Origin: an uncultured delta proteobacterium
GTDB taxonomy: Bacteria > Myxococcota_A > Polyangia > Polyangiales > Polyangiaceae
Direction of reading: 5' to 3'
Assembly (NCBI GenBank): GCA_963696385.1
Contig: CAVOKF010000006.1
Coordinates: forward strand, 160,001-224,000
Length of the DNA: 64,000 bases
The notes beneath the pieces are model-generated. The model was given only the letters and a program-made list of their open reading frames with translations, did not search any database and was not told where the DNA came from. Of this stretch, positions 1 to 11,153 are shown in pieces; within the stretch, counting starts at the first letter, position 1; each line of letters opens with the position of its first letter. The position numbers and the translations under genes are program-made.

Positions 1-904
1 TTTGGGTCTCGAACGTCGCATAGGCCCCGAGCATCAGCATTTCGCCGTGCGCCATGTTGATGACGCGCATGAGCCCGAATGTGATGGCAAGACCGAGGGC
101 GGAGAGAAGCAGGATGCTGCCCGTGCTCAGGCCGTAGAGGAGGTCTGCGGCGCCGTCGACCATGAATTGCTTTCGGGCAAGCGATCCAAGCGCGCTCGCC
201 GCGGCGGTCCGCACCCGCGCGTCCGGCTCGGCGAACGAGCCGTCGTCGAGTTTGGCCGAGAGCCCCTCGAGCGTCGAGCGGAAGCGGATGGATCCCGAGG
301 CCTGGATGGCGGCAATCGCGCCGAGCCGCCGCTCCGGATCGTGGCTCGCCAGGTCGAGTTCGGCGAGCGTGGAGACGAGAGCTCGGCGCACGGCGGCGAC
401 CTTCTCGCGCGAAAGCGCGGAGCGCATGGCCGGCACGTCGTCCTCGTTCGAGCGATTGGCCAGGGTCGCCACGGCGGCCAGCCGGACTTCGGGTGCAGGC
501 GCATCGAGTTCGAGCCGCGCGATGATCGGATCGAGCGCTCGCCGGACTTCGTTGTCCATCGTCGGCGGGGAACCGGCGCCTTCGACGGCTTCACCCGTGA
601 CGGCATCGTGCCAGACGCCCCTGCCGTCGCGCACGCCCACTTTTGCGTGGTCCACGATGACGACGCTGCCGTCGCGCAGCGCTTCGAGCAGACCGAGCGC
701 GCGCGGATCCCCACTGGCGCCGATCGCTTGCGCGGCGCGGGCGACGGCGTCGCCCGAGGGCGCTGCCAGGGCGCTCACCGCCGCGGCGAAGTCGCTTCCT
801 TCGGCCCGCGCGAGAGGGCCTGCGAGCAGCCACGCCGCGGCCACCACGAGGCCCAGCAAGGGCGCGCCTCGGTGGGGTCGCGGCGGTGCGGCGTTTCGCG
901 TCAT
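1..904 (-). CDS. urtB: Urea ABC transporter permease UrtB (partial, runs off window start)
   Basis: Manual minus-strand translation from ATG 904: signal peptide, HEAT-like periplasmic region, then [26 protein letters not shown]. Lies directly downstream of urtA. Confidence 0.9.
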   Translation of the reverse strand, partial: MTRNAAPPRPHRGAPLLGLVVAAAWLLAGPLARAEGSDFAAAVSALAAPSGDAVARAAQAIGASGDPRALGLLEALRDGSVVIVDHAKVGVRDGRGVWHDAVTGEAVEGAGSPPTMDNEVRRALDPIIARLELDAPAPEVRLAAVATLANRSNEDDVPAMRSALSREKVAAVRRALVSTLAELDLASHDPERRLGAIAAIQASGSIRFRSTLEGLSAKLDDGSFAEPDARVRTAAASALGSLARKQFMVDGAADLLYGLSTGSILLLSALGLAITFGLMRVINMAHGEMLMLGAYATFETQ

Positions 905-929
905 GGGGTCCGAATCGCTGCTCCGAGGG

Positions 930-2340
930 TCAGCGGCGTGCGACGGCTTCCGAGCTCGCGTACTTCGGCTCGGTGCAGTTGCCGCAGACCCATGGATACG
1001 TCCAGTCGGCCACCTTCTTGGCACTCTCGGGAATGAAGGGGCTCCAGGCCTGCGCCCGAATGGGTCCCTCCGATTTCCAGACGACTTGGAACTGCCCGTT
1101 GGCCTGCACCTCGCCGATGAAGACGGGCTTGTGCAAGTGATGGTTTTTCGCGTCGAGGGGGATGTCGAAGCCCGAAGGCGATCGGACCGTCTGGTAGCCG
1201 AGTGCCTGACGTACCGCGTCGACGTTGGTCGTGCCGGCCTGGTCAACCGCCTGGGCCCACATGTGCAGCCCAATGTACGTGGCCTCCATCGGATCGTTGG
1301 TGACGCGCTTGTCGCCATCCGGCAGGTTGTGTGCCTTCACGTAGTTTTTCCACTCCGCGATGAACGCCTTGTTTTCCGGCGTGTCAATCGACATGAAATA
1401 ATTCCAAGCCGCCAGATGGCCCACGAGCGGTTTGGTGTCGATGCCGCGAAGCTCCTCCTCACCGACGGAGAACGCCACGACCGGAATGTCGGAGGCCTTG
1501 AGGCCTTGATTCGCGAGCTCCTTGTAGAACGGGACATTCGAGTCGCCGTTGATGGTCGAGATGACGGCCGTGCGCTTGCCAGCCGCGAATTTTTTGAATC
1601 TCTGCGACGATGGTTTGATAGTCGTTGTGACCGAACGGCGTATATTCTTCTTTGATATCGTCGTCTTTCACGCCCTTCGAGTGAAGGAAATAGCGCAGAA
1701 TCTTGTTCGTCGTTCGCGGGTAGACATAGTCCGTTCCGAGCAATACGAATCTCTTGGCGCCGCCGCCCTTCTCGCCCATGAGGTATTCGACGGCCGGAAT
1801 GGCCTGCTGGTTCGGCGCGGCGCCGGTGTAAAATACGTTGTAGGAAGATTCTTCGCCTTCGTATTGAACCGGATAAAATAGTAGTCCGTTGAGCTCTTCG
1901 AAAACGGGCAATACCGACTTGCGCGACACGGAGGTCCAGCAGCCAAAGACCACCGCCACCTTGTCCTTTTGAAGAAGCTCGCGCGCCTTCTCCGCGAAGA
2001 GCGGCCAGTTCGACGCCGGATCGACGACGACCGGCTCGATTTTGCGCCCGAGGACGCCGCCCTTGCCGTTGATCTCTTCGATCGTCATCAGGGCGACGTC
2101 GCGGAGCGACGTCTCGCTGATCGCCATCGTTCCGGAGAGCGAGTGCAAAATGCCGACCTTGATCGGCCCCCCCGGCGCTTCCGCGGGAGCTGCGGCCTTG
2201 GGGGCCTCGGCGCTGGCAGCGGACTCCGCCGGCTTCGACTGATCGGTTGGCTTCGCCTCTTCCTTGCAACCGAGGAAGGCGACTTGGCACAAGGCAGCGA
2301 GCACGACGGACCATCGTCTCATCGGAGGAGGACAAGTCAT
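930..2340 (-). CDS. urtA: Urea ABC transporter substrate-binding lipoprotein UrtA, frameshifted at ~1592
   Basis: [43 protein letters not shown]. Removing one A from the A6 run (~1590-1595) joins the two ORFs through [27 protein letters not shown]. Confidence 0.9.
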
Positions 2341-2561
2341 CAGGGGCTCCTTTTTTTAGAAATTTCCGCCGCTAACCCTTCGGCGCGACCCTGACGAGAC
2401 TGCCCTCTCGCTTGTTTCCGCGAGTTGTCGCCCCGATTAACTTTTGCCTTTCGAAACCTACCGGGTCCAAGGAAACGGGCGCGGTCCTGAACGTGGGATT
2501 CGCGGAATGACGCGTCGCGCCCATGAAGGCGGGGGCCTGCTCTCGCCGTTTGATCCGTCGA

Positions 2562-2767
2562 GCGAGAACCGGGCGTTCGGGGGGCGAGAACCGGGCGTTC
2601 GGGGGGAGCGAGAACCGGGCGTTCGGGGGGCGAGAACCGGGCGTTCGGGGAGAGCGAGAACCGGGCGTTCGGGGAGAGCGAGAACCGGGCGTTCGGGGGG
2701 CGAGAAGCGGGCGTTCGGGGAGAGCGAGAACCGGGCGTTCGGGGGGGCGAGAACCGGGCGTTGGGGG
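2562..2767. repeat. Tandem repeat, 9 x GCGAGAACCGGGCGTTCGGGG(G/AGA), 22-24 bp unit
   Basis: Read directly between the ureG 3' end and urtA; no unique spacers. Confidence 0.95.
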
Positions 2768-2793
2768 AAGCGAGGCCAGCCAAAGGCTCGAGG

Positions 2794-3540
2794 TCATTGC
2801 GCGCTGGGGTCCAAGACGGCCTCGGCCCTTGCCTGCAAGACGAGCTCGACCACCCTGTCGATACCGACGTCGTTCTTCGCCTGAGCGAAAACGAAGGGCC
2901 CTTCGCCTCGCATCGCGCGGGAGTCTCAATCCATGACCTGCAAGTCCGCGCCGACGTAAATCGCCAGATCCGTCTTGTTGATGACCAACAAATCGGACTG
3001 GGTGATCCCGGGGCCACCTTTGCGGGGGATCTTGTCTCCCCCGGCGACGTCGATGACGTAAATCGTGTAATCGACGAGTTCGCGGCTGAACTGGGCGGCC
3101 AGATTGTCCCCCCCGCTCTCGATGAGCAAGAGGTCGGGACCGACGTCGGCCGTCAGCTGTTCCAAAGCGTCCAGATTGTGGCTGATGTCCTCGCGAATCG
3201 CGGCGTGCGGACAGCCACCGGTCTCGACGGCGCGGATCCTCTCCGCGGCAAGCGCCCGGTGGCGATGGAGGAAATCGGCGTCCTCGCGCGTGAAGATGTC
3301 ATTGGTCACGACCCCCAAACTCAAGCGCTCGCGCAGGCGGACGCAGAGCGCGAGCGTGAGCGCCGTCTTGCCGCTGCCCACCGGACCGCCGATGCCGACC
3401 GTGAAGGATCGACGCGCGTAGTCGCGCCGACCGGCCGGTGGCCTGTCTCGGAACAGGCCGGGGTGTCGCCCGTGATCGTGGTGGTGACCGTGCAGATCTC
3501 GGTGCTCGTGGTCGTGATCGCGCTCGTCGTCGTGGGCCAT
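2794..3540 (-). CDS. ureG: Urease accessory GTPase UreG with His-rich N-terminus; in-frame TGA at 2926-2928
   Basis: [28 protein letters not shown]. The frame continues after TGA as [17 protein letters not shown] to TGA at 2794. Confidence 0.92.
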
Positions 3541-3554
3541 GGATTTTCCGAACC

Positions 3555-4226
3555 TCAGCTCTGAAAGAGTCGCGCATACAGGCGATCGTGCGTCGCGGCG
3601 ACCACATCGACGACCGGCGCCACGTTCGCCGCTTCGCTCGCGCGCAGTCCCCTGCACGCCGCCAGGACCCGGTCGAGCGTCGGGCCGTGCCGGTCCTGGA
3701 TCCGCTGGGCCTCGTGCGGCCCGACGACGCCCAGGCGAACCGCGGCCGACAGGATGGCGCGCAATGCGGAATGCAGGTAGAGCCCGAGCGCGTCGCTTTG
3801 GTCCATACCGAGCGAAGCAAGCGTCGCGCCGAAAAGCGGCGCATGATGGGCGGCCACGTCGCCGGCGCGGATGCGCTCGGCGAGCGCGGCGATGGCCGGT
3901 GCGTCGAAGACGCGCGCGCATGTCCCGATGAACGCCCGGCCCTGCGTGCGGCTCGCGCGGTTGGCGACATGATTCGTGAGAAACGCGTCGACCCGGCGAT
4001 CCATCGCCTCGATTTCGTGCGGGGCGTCGAACGTGGCCGTGACGAACGGAAGCGCCGCATGGCCGACGTTCCAGAGATGGACGCCGGCGTACGTCTCGAG
4101 TTCATCGGCGGTGCGAGGCTGGCCGCGATGGATCATCGCTTCGAGGCCCGCGGAATGGGCAAATCCGCCGACGGGAAAAGCCGAATCGGCCATCTGAAGC
4201 ACTCTCCAGCGCGAACGGGCGGTCAC
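3555..4226 (-). CDS. ureF: Urease accessory protein UreF
   Basis: [27 protein letters not shown]-terminal [11 protein letters not shown]. Confidence 0.93.
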   Translation of the reverse strand: MTARSRWRVLQMADSAFPVGGFAHSAGLEAMIHRGQPRTADELETYAGVHLWNVGHAALPFVTATFDAPHEIEAMDRRVDAFLTNHVANRASRTQGRAFIGTCARVFDAPAIAALAERIRAGDVAAHHAPLFGATLASLGMDQSDALGLYLHSALRAILSAAVRLGVVGPHEAQRIQDRHGPTLDRVLAACRGLRASEAANVAPVVDVVAATHDRLYARLFQS

Positions 4227-4232
4227 GGGACC

Positions 4233-5944
<1,712 letters not shown>

Positions 5945-5948
<4 letters not shown>

Positions 5949-6634
5949 GGGGCGCCACCGGGCGAGTCCATGACCGAGGCGATGGCGACCAGGCGGACCG
6001 TCTTCCGATCGCCCGGCTCGAAGCGAACGGCGGTGCCGGCCGGGATGTCGAGGCGTCGACCCGCTGCGCGCTTGCGATCGAACAGGAGCGCGGCATTGGT
6101 CTCATCGAACGGATAGTGACTTCCGACCTGAATGGGGCGATCGCCGACGCTCTCGACGACCAGATCGATGGCCTCGCGCCCGTCGTTGATCACGATCTCG
6201 CCGGGACCGACGAGCAGCTCGCCGGGGTTCGACGCTCGGGCGTGTGCGCTCCCCGCGATGGGCGCGAAGATTTCCGGCCGCGGCACCGGCAGGAACGTGC
6301 CGTAGAGCGCAAGATCGAGGTCGACGGTGGACAGCGCGATGGGACTATGAACCGTCACGAGTTTCGTCCCGTCGGGAAACGTGCCTTCCACCTGAACTTC
6401 CGTGACGAGATCGGCCACTGCCGGCATGACGTGCAGGCGTCCCAGAATGCGCCGGCCGCGATCCATCAAGTCGGCCACCGACCGGCCGTCGCGGATGAAC
6501 TCCAGAAGCTGGGTGGCGATGAGCGCGACGGACTCCGGGTAGTTGAGGCGGATCCCGCGAGCGAGGCGCTTTTGCGCGAGAAATCCCGCCCCGTGCAAGA
6601 CCAGCTTGTCGACGTCGCGAGGGGTCAGGTGCAT
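5945..6634 (-). CDS. ureAB: Fused urease gamma/beta subunit
   Basis: Gamma motif [18 protein letters not shown] followed by beta motifs [11 protein letters not shown] and [15 protein letters not shown]. Confidence 0.95.
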
Positions 6635-6667
6635 CGCGCGCGAGCATGGCGCATTCGCTTTGGCCCG

Positions 6668-7519
6668 TCACCATTTTCGAGCGAAAGGGTCGTCGCCGAG
6701 CCATCGCGCGAGGGACCTGAAACTCGGGCGTAAGACGTGCGACGCGTTCTCGAAACGGTGTGCGGCGACACGCACGACGACGCCGTCGTCCTGCAGCGGA
6801 CTCGCCGCCCAAACGCTGGTGGCATCGTCGGTGGACGGCGCGAGCGGTCCGAGCATCGCTCGGCGCACGTCGGCGAAGCGGGGTCCGATCGCGACGAGCG
6901 ATGCCACCCATTCGTACGGTGCCATCCGCTCCGCGATCGACCCATGAGCCGGATCCAAAAGCGTCGCGTCCACGAAGATGGGTTCGCCGGCGCGCGTGAT
7001 CTCGGTCCTCGACTCGAGACGAGCGAGCTGCCATCGCTCACCGCGTGCAGCGCGTCCGCACGATGTCGCGTCGAAGAGGAGCAGTGACGCATTCGCTGCG
7101 AGCGAGACGTCGACCCTTTGGGTGTAGCGAGCCCCGGCGAAGGGTACGACCGGGTCCGGGAGGATGGCCATCGTCGCGCCTTCGGCAACGTGAACTTCGA
7201 GCCGCTGCGAGCAGCCGCGCGGCGAGCGGTACACTTTGGTGGAGGCCTGAGTGCACACCAGGCCCGACGAGTCAGGCTCCGCATCGAGGATCAGATCGAC
7301 CGCATCGCCATCGACCAGCCCACCGCCGAAACTCGACAGAAATACCCACGCGGCGTGACCGTGATTGCGCGGCGTGAGGATTCGCAATGGACTGGTCGCG
7401 AACGCTCGGGCGAGGACCGTCCGGTCCCCCGTTCGTCGGAAGGCGATCGATCCGCGCCCCGGCCCTCCTGTGGTAAGAGCATCGCGTGCGCGTGAGCCCA
7501 TCGGGTCAGTCGCTGCCAT
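6668..7519 (-). CDS. ureD: Urease accessory protein UreD
   Basis: SPLRILTP, GGGLVDGD, TQASTKVY, LPDPVVPFAGARY; start may be 7501. Confidence 0.9.
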   Translation of the reverse strand: MAATDPMGSRARDALTTGGPGRGSIAFRRTGDRTVLARAFATSPLRILTPRNHGHAAWVFLSSFGGGLVDGDAVDLILDAEPDSSGLVCTQASTKVYRSPRGCSQRLEVHVAEGATMAILPDPVVPFAGARYTQRVDVSLAANASLLLFDATSCGRAARGERWQLARLESRTEITRAGEPIFVDATLLDPAHGSIAERMAPYEWVASLVAIGPRFADVRRAMLGPLAPSTDDATSVWAASPLQDDGVVVRVAAHRFENASHVLRPSFRSLARWLGDDPFARKW

Positions 7520-9318
7520 TGGACATCGCTTCGCTGCGGCGAGGGTACCGCGACTCGAGCATCCGCTGCGTCGATGTCGCGGAAACCGTCCTCGCCGGGA
7601 TCGCGGCCGATAGGACGGCGGGAATTTGGACGGCGCTCCGCGCGAGCGACGAGGTCATCGCCGAGGCGCGATCGCTCGAACGGGCTTATCCGCCGGGGTC
7701 CCGGCCGCCGCTCTACGGGATCCCGTTCGCCGTGAAGGACAATATCGACGTGGGCGGGGTGATGACGACGGCGGCGTGCCCGGAGTTTGCGTACCTGCCC
7801 GGCGATTCGGCACCGGTGGTGGATCGGATCCGTGCGGCGGGCGCTCTTTACATCGGCAAGACGAACCTCGACCAGCTGGCGACCGGACTCGTTGGGGTTC
7901 GGTCGCCATACGGCGTCCCGCCGAATGCCTTCGATCCTCGATATGTGTCCGGCGGCTCGAGCTCCGGCTCCGCCGCGGCGGTGGCTCGGGGATTGGTGAG
8001 CTTCGCCCTCGCTACCGACACCGCCGGCTCGGGCCGCGTCCCGGCGGCACTCAATCACATCGTAGGGCTCAAGCCGAGCCGCGGACTTCTTTCGACGCGT
8101 GGAGTGGTGCCTGCGTGCCGTTCGCTCGATTGCGTCACGATCCTCGCGCTCACGTGCGAAGACGCGACGGAGGTGGCCGCCGTGGCGACGGCATTTGACC
8201 CGGGCGATCCCTATTCGCGAGCCGAAGCTTCCCGTTTTCGATGGCGAGCGGACGTCTCCGGCCGGCGCTGGCGGATCGGGGTTCCACGGCCGGAGGACCA
8301 GTCGTTCGACGACGACGCCGCGCGCGAGCGGTTCGCCGCGGCTCGCGCGGCGCTCGAGCAAATGGGCGCCGCGCTCGAGAACGTCGACATGACGCCGTTC
8401 TTCGAGGCCGGCCGGCTTCTCTATCAAGGCCCCTGGATCGCCGAGCGGCTTTCGGGATTCGACGAGTTCCTCCACACGCATCCCGAGGCGCTGCTGCCGG
8501 TCATTCGAACCATTCTGAATCAAGGAGCCGCATTTCGGGCCACCGATGCCTTTCGCGGTCTCCAATCGCTCGCCGCGTTGCGCCGAGCGGTGGAGCCGCT
8601 TTGGACGACGCTCGATGCTCTGGTTCTTCCGTCGGTCCCCGGCACCCCCCGAATCGACGAAGTCCTTGCCGATCCGATCGCGGTCAACACGCGGCTCGGG
8701 CTCTACACGACGTTTGCGAATTTGCTCGATTTGGCGGCCGTGGCCGTGCCGAGCGGAATCCGTCCAGACGGTCTGCCCTCGGGTGTCACGTTCGTCGGGC
8801 CTTGGGGCAGGGATCCCGTACTCGTCGCGTTGGCATCCGCCTTTCACCGTCGCTCTGGTGGCCCTCTCGGGGCGACGGGATGGCCCTGGCCGGCACCCGC
8901 CGAGCAGGCCGAGCAACCCCTGGAGGGCCGCCTGCTGCTGGCGGTCGTGGGAGCACACCTGTCCGGCATGCCGCTCAATCATCAGCTCACCCATCGGGGG
9001 GCCCATTGCGTGCGCGCGACTCGGACGGCGCCTTCGTATCGGTTGTACGCACTGCCGGGGACTCACCCGCCCAAGCCGGGCCTCGTTCGTGTCGGCGATT
9101 CGCACGGCACGAAAATCGATCTGGAGGTGTGGGCTTTGCCGCACGAGAGCGTCGGCTCATTTTTGGAGGGCGTGGGCGCTCCGCTTGCGATCGGAACGAT
9201 CGACCTCGAAGACGGGGGCAAAGTTCATGGCTTCCTCTGCGAAGCGCACGCGGTCGCCTCTGCCACCGACATCTCGTCGTTCGGCGGATGGCGCGCGTAT
9301 GCCGCGCATCAAGGCTGA
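7519..9318 (+). CDS. atzF: Allophanate hydrolase (amidase domain + C-terminal domain)
   Basis: PFAVKDNID, GKTNLDQ, GGSSSGS, TDTAGSGRVPA; C-terminal LAVVGAHLSGMPLNHQL and DISSFGGWRAY. Start uncertain (7486-7519). Confidence 0.93.
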   Translation: MDIASLRRGYRDSSIRCVDVAETVLAGIAADRTAGIWTALRASDEVIAEARSLERAYPPGSRPPLYGIPFAVKDNIDVGGVMTTAACPEFAYLPGDSAPVVDRIRAAGALYIGKTNLDQLATGLVGVRSPYGVPPNAFDPRYVSGGSSSGSAAAVARGLVSFALATDTAGSGRVPAALNHIVGLKPSRGLLSTRGVVPACRSLDCVTILALTCEDATEVAAVATAFDPGDPYSRAEASRFRWRADVSGRRWRIGVPRPEDQSFDDDAARERFAAARAALEQMGAALENVDMTPFFEAGRLLYQGPWIAERLSGFDEFLHTHPEALLPVIRTILNQGAAFRATDAFRGLQSLAALRRAVEPLWTTLDALVLPSVPGTPRIDEVLADPIAVNTRLGLYTTFANLLDLAAVAVPSGIRPDGLPSGVTFVGPWGRDPVLVALASAFHRRSGGPLGATGWPWPAPAEQAEQPLEGRLLLAVVGAHLSGMPLNHQLTHRGAHCVRATRTAPSYRLYALPGTHPPKPGLVRVGDSHGTKIDLEVWALPHESVGSFLEGVGAPLAIGTIDLEDGGKVHGFLCEAHAVASATDISSFGGWRAYAAHQG

Positions 9319-9491
9319 GGCTCGAGCCCGCACAAAAGCCGAGTCGCGAAGGCGGGAGGGGTCCGTGGCCGCGCACGATCCGGCGGCGATCCTTCGGTCC
9401 TCGAACTGTAAACGCGCGCTAAATTCGCACCCCGGCACGCTCGGGATACCCTGCGGAAACGGTTCTGGGCCCATGGTCGGCCCATGAAGCT

Positions 9492-9587
9492 AGTCCCTCG
9501 ATTCCGCGGAATGGACGGGTCGTTTTCCGCGATATTCCCGACGGGATCGGGTGGTCTCCCCTTGCCGTTTCATGGAATCGGGGTACT
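9492..9587. mobile_element. 96-bp MITE/REP-like element, copy A
   Basis: Terminal inverted repeats AGTCCCTCGATTCC...GGAATCGGGGTACT; interior is the reverse complement of the copy at 19335-19430. Confidence 0.8.
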
Positions 9588-9746
9588 CGCGGGCCTCGCG
9601 ACTCGGCTCGATCCGACGTGGGTCGCGATGGGCGGCGGCCGCACGCCGGGTTGGGTCCACGAGGCAGGCATTCGGGAAACGGGCAGCCCACTCGGAAGGG
9701 TGGGGCCCTCGGCGCCGCCGACGCCCGACGACCCGCAGGATGCGTC

Positions 9747-10490
9747 GTGAGCTCCAAGGCCCCGACCCCTCGTGACAGCCCGTCGGGCAGTGCACGCCCA
9801 TCGGGATTCCAGGCGCAGATCAAGGGCGCGACCATCGGCGACCTCGTTCAGATGGAATGTCTGGCCGGGTCGCGACGGGTCGTCCGCGTGACGTCGGGAA
9901 GCAACGTCGGCTTTCTCTATTTTCGTGGAGGAGCGATCGTCCATGCCGTCGCGCGCACGCTGAGCGGCGAGGCCGCCGCCCTCGACATGCTGTCCTGGAA
10001 CGAAGGCTCCTTCGAGCCCGCCGAGCGCGAATGGCCTGCGAAAGACACCATCGCCTGCAATTGGCAAACGCTCCTCATCCGTGCGGCCCAGCTTCGCGAC
10101 GAGCGCATGGCGCCGAGCCTGCTGGCGCTTCGCCCCGGCGCCCTTGGGCGCCAAGTCGGCGAGAGCATCGAGATCGAAGCGACGCCCATTCTGGTCGCGG
10201 GCCATGTTTTGCGCGGCGAAGACTTCGAAGTCGTTCTGCGCCTCGATCCGGGGGGCGGGATCATGGAAAATCAAGGCGCCACCCAGGATTTCGCGGACAT
10301 CGTCGCGTACGCGTGTCGCCTGACCGAGCTCGTGGGCAATCAGCTGGGGGTCGAGCGGTTCCGTGCGATGGAGTGCATCTTCAAGAGCGGACGCTGCTTT
10401 GTCGTACTCGAGCGCAACGGAGAGGTGATCGCACTTCGGCCGAGGCCAACGACCGAGGTGTCGGCGATCCGCGAGTTACTGGGAATCTAA
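9747..10490 (+). CDS. DUF4388 (PatA_N-like) domain protein with C-terminal roadblock/longin-like domain
   Basis: GFQAQIKGATIGDLVQMECL...GFLYFRGGAIVHA...GEAAALDMLSWNEGSF matches the DUF4388 pattern; C-terminal fold inferred. Confidence 0.75.
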   Translation: MSSKAPTPRDSPSGSARPSGFQAQIKGATIGDLVQMECLAGSRRVVRVTSGSNVGFLYFRGGAIVHAVARTLSGEAAALDMLSWNEGSFEPAEREWPAKDTIACNWQTLLIRAAQLRDERMAPSLLALRPGALGRQVGESIEIEATPILVAGHVLRGEDFEVVLRLDPGGGIMENQGATQDFADIVAYACRLTELVGNQLGVERFRAMECIFKSGRCFVVLERNGEVIALRPRPTTEVSAIRELLGI

Positions 10491-10501
10491 GGAGCCAGAC
10501 C

Positions 10502-11056
10502 ATGCCGAGCATCGAGGGGACGCTGCGAACGCTTCGTGACGTTCAGGGGGTGTACGGCAGTTTTGTGATCGCCGGCACCGGCGCGCTCGTGGCCCGTGAC
10601 CTGCCCGCCGTGTTCGACGGCGACCTCTTCGCGGAGGTGGGCCCGCGCATCACGCGGCTGTACGAGACGTTTCTCACCGGTGGCGAAGAGCTCGACGCGT
10701 GTATTCTACGCTACTCCGAGCACAAGATTTACATCAAGAGGATGACCTGGGGACTCATCGGCATCATCTCGGCTGTGACCGTCAACATGCCGGCCTTGCG
10801 AATGGTAGCGAACCTCGTCGTCCGCCGGATCGATCCCGAAGTCGCCGCCCCGGTGCGCCCGCCCGTCGCCCTCGCGCAGCCTTTGACCGAGCTGGCAGCC
10901 GCGCCCATCGTGACCCGGTCGTCGCCGCCTCCGCGCCTGACCGCGGAGCGAGCAGAGCCCCCGGTTGTGGATCCCCAGGACGGCAGGGATTCCACGCCCC
11001 CCGGGAGCGACGGGCACGTCCGCATGTACCGCGGTCGCCGCGTCGTCGAGGAATGA
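10502..11056 (+). CDS. Roadblock/LC7-like protein with Pro-rich linker and RMYRGRR tail
   Basis: RBS AAGGAG then MPSIEGTLRTLRDVQGVYGSFVIAGTGALVARDLP, a roadblock-type alpha-beta-beta start. Confidence 0.65.
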   Translation: MPSIEGTLRTLRDVQGVYGSFVIAGTGALVARDLPAVFDGDLFAEVGPRITRLYETFLTGGEELDACILRYSEHKIYIKRMTWGLIGIISAVTVNMPALRMVANLVVRRIDPEVAAPVRPPVALAQPLTELAAAPIVTRSSPPPRLTAERAEPPVVDPQDGRDSTPPGSDGHVRMYRGRRVVEE

Positions 11057-11153
11057 ACCGGACGGAGACGGGGGCCGAACGACCGCCCCCGGCTCTCGGT
11101 CGAGGGAGCCGCTCGATCCGACGCCGTGCACCGGATAGTCGGATTCCGATCGG

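Noticed and set aside
2..1655. Long + strand ORFs (2..1036, 162..1655) and similar long antisense ORFs elsewhere (e.g. 4566..6116, 14548..16767)
   Set aside because: Shadow frames of real genes in high-GC DNA; Arg/Ala-rich with no motifs.
2341..2560. Guanidine riboswitch upstream of urtA
   Set aside because: I could not find ykkC or mini-ykkC consensus elements by eye; an Rfam/Infernal scan would settle it.
2562..2767. CRISPR array
   Set aside because: Units are contiguous with no unique spacers; no cas genes in the window.
2926..2928. Selenocysteine recoding in UreG
   Set aside because: The position corresponds to Arg, not Cys, in UreG; no convincing SECIS seen.
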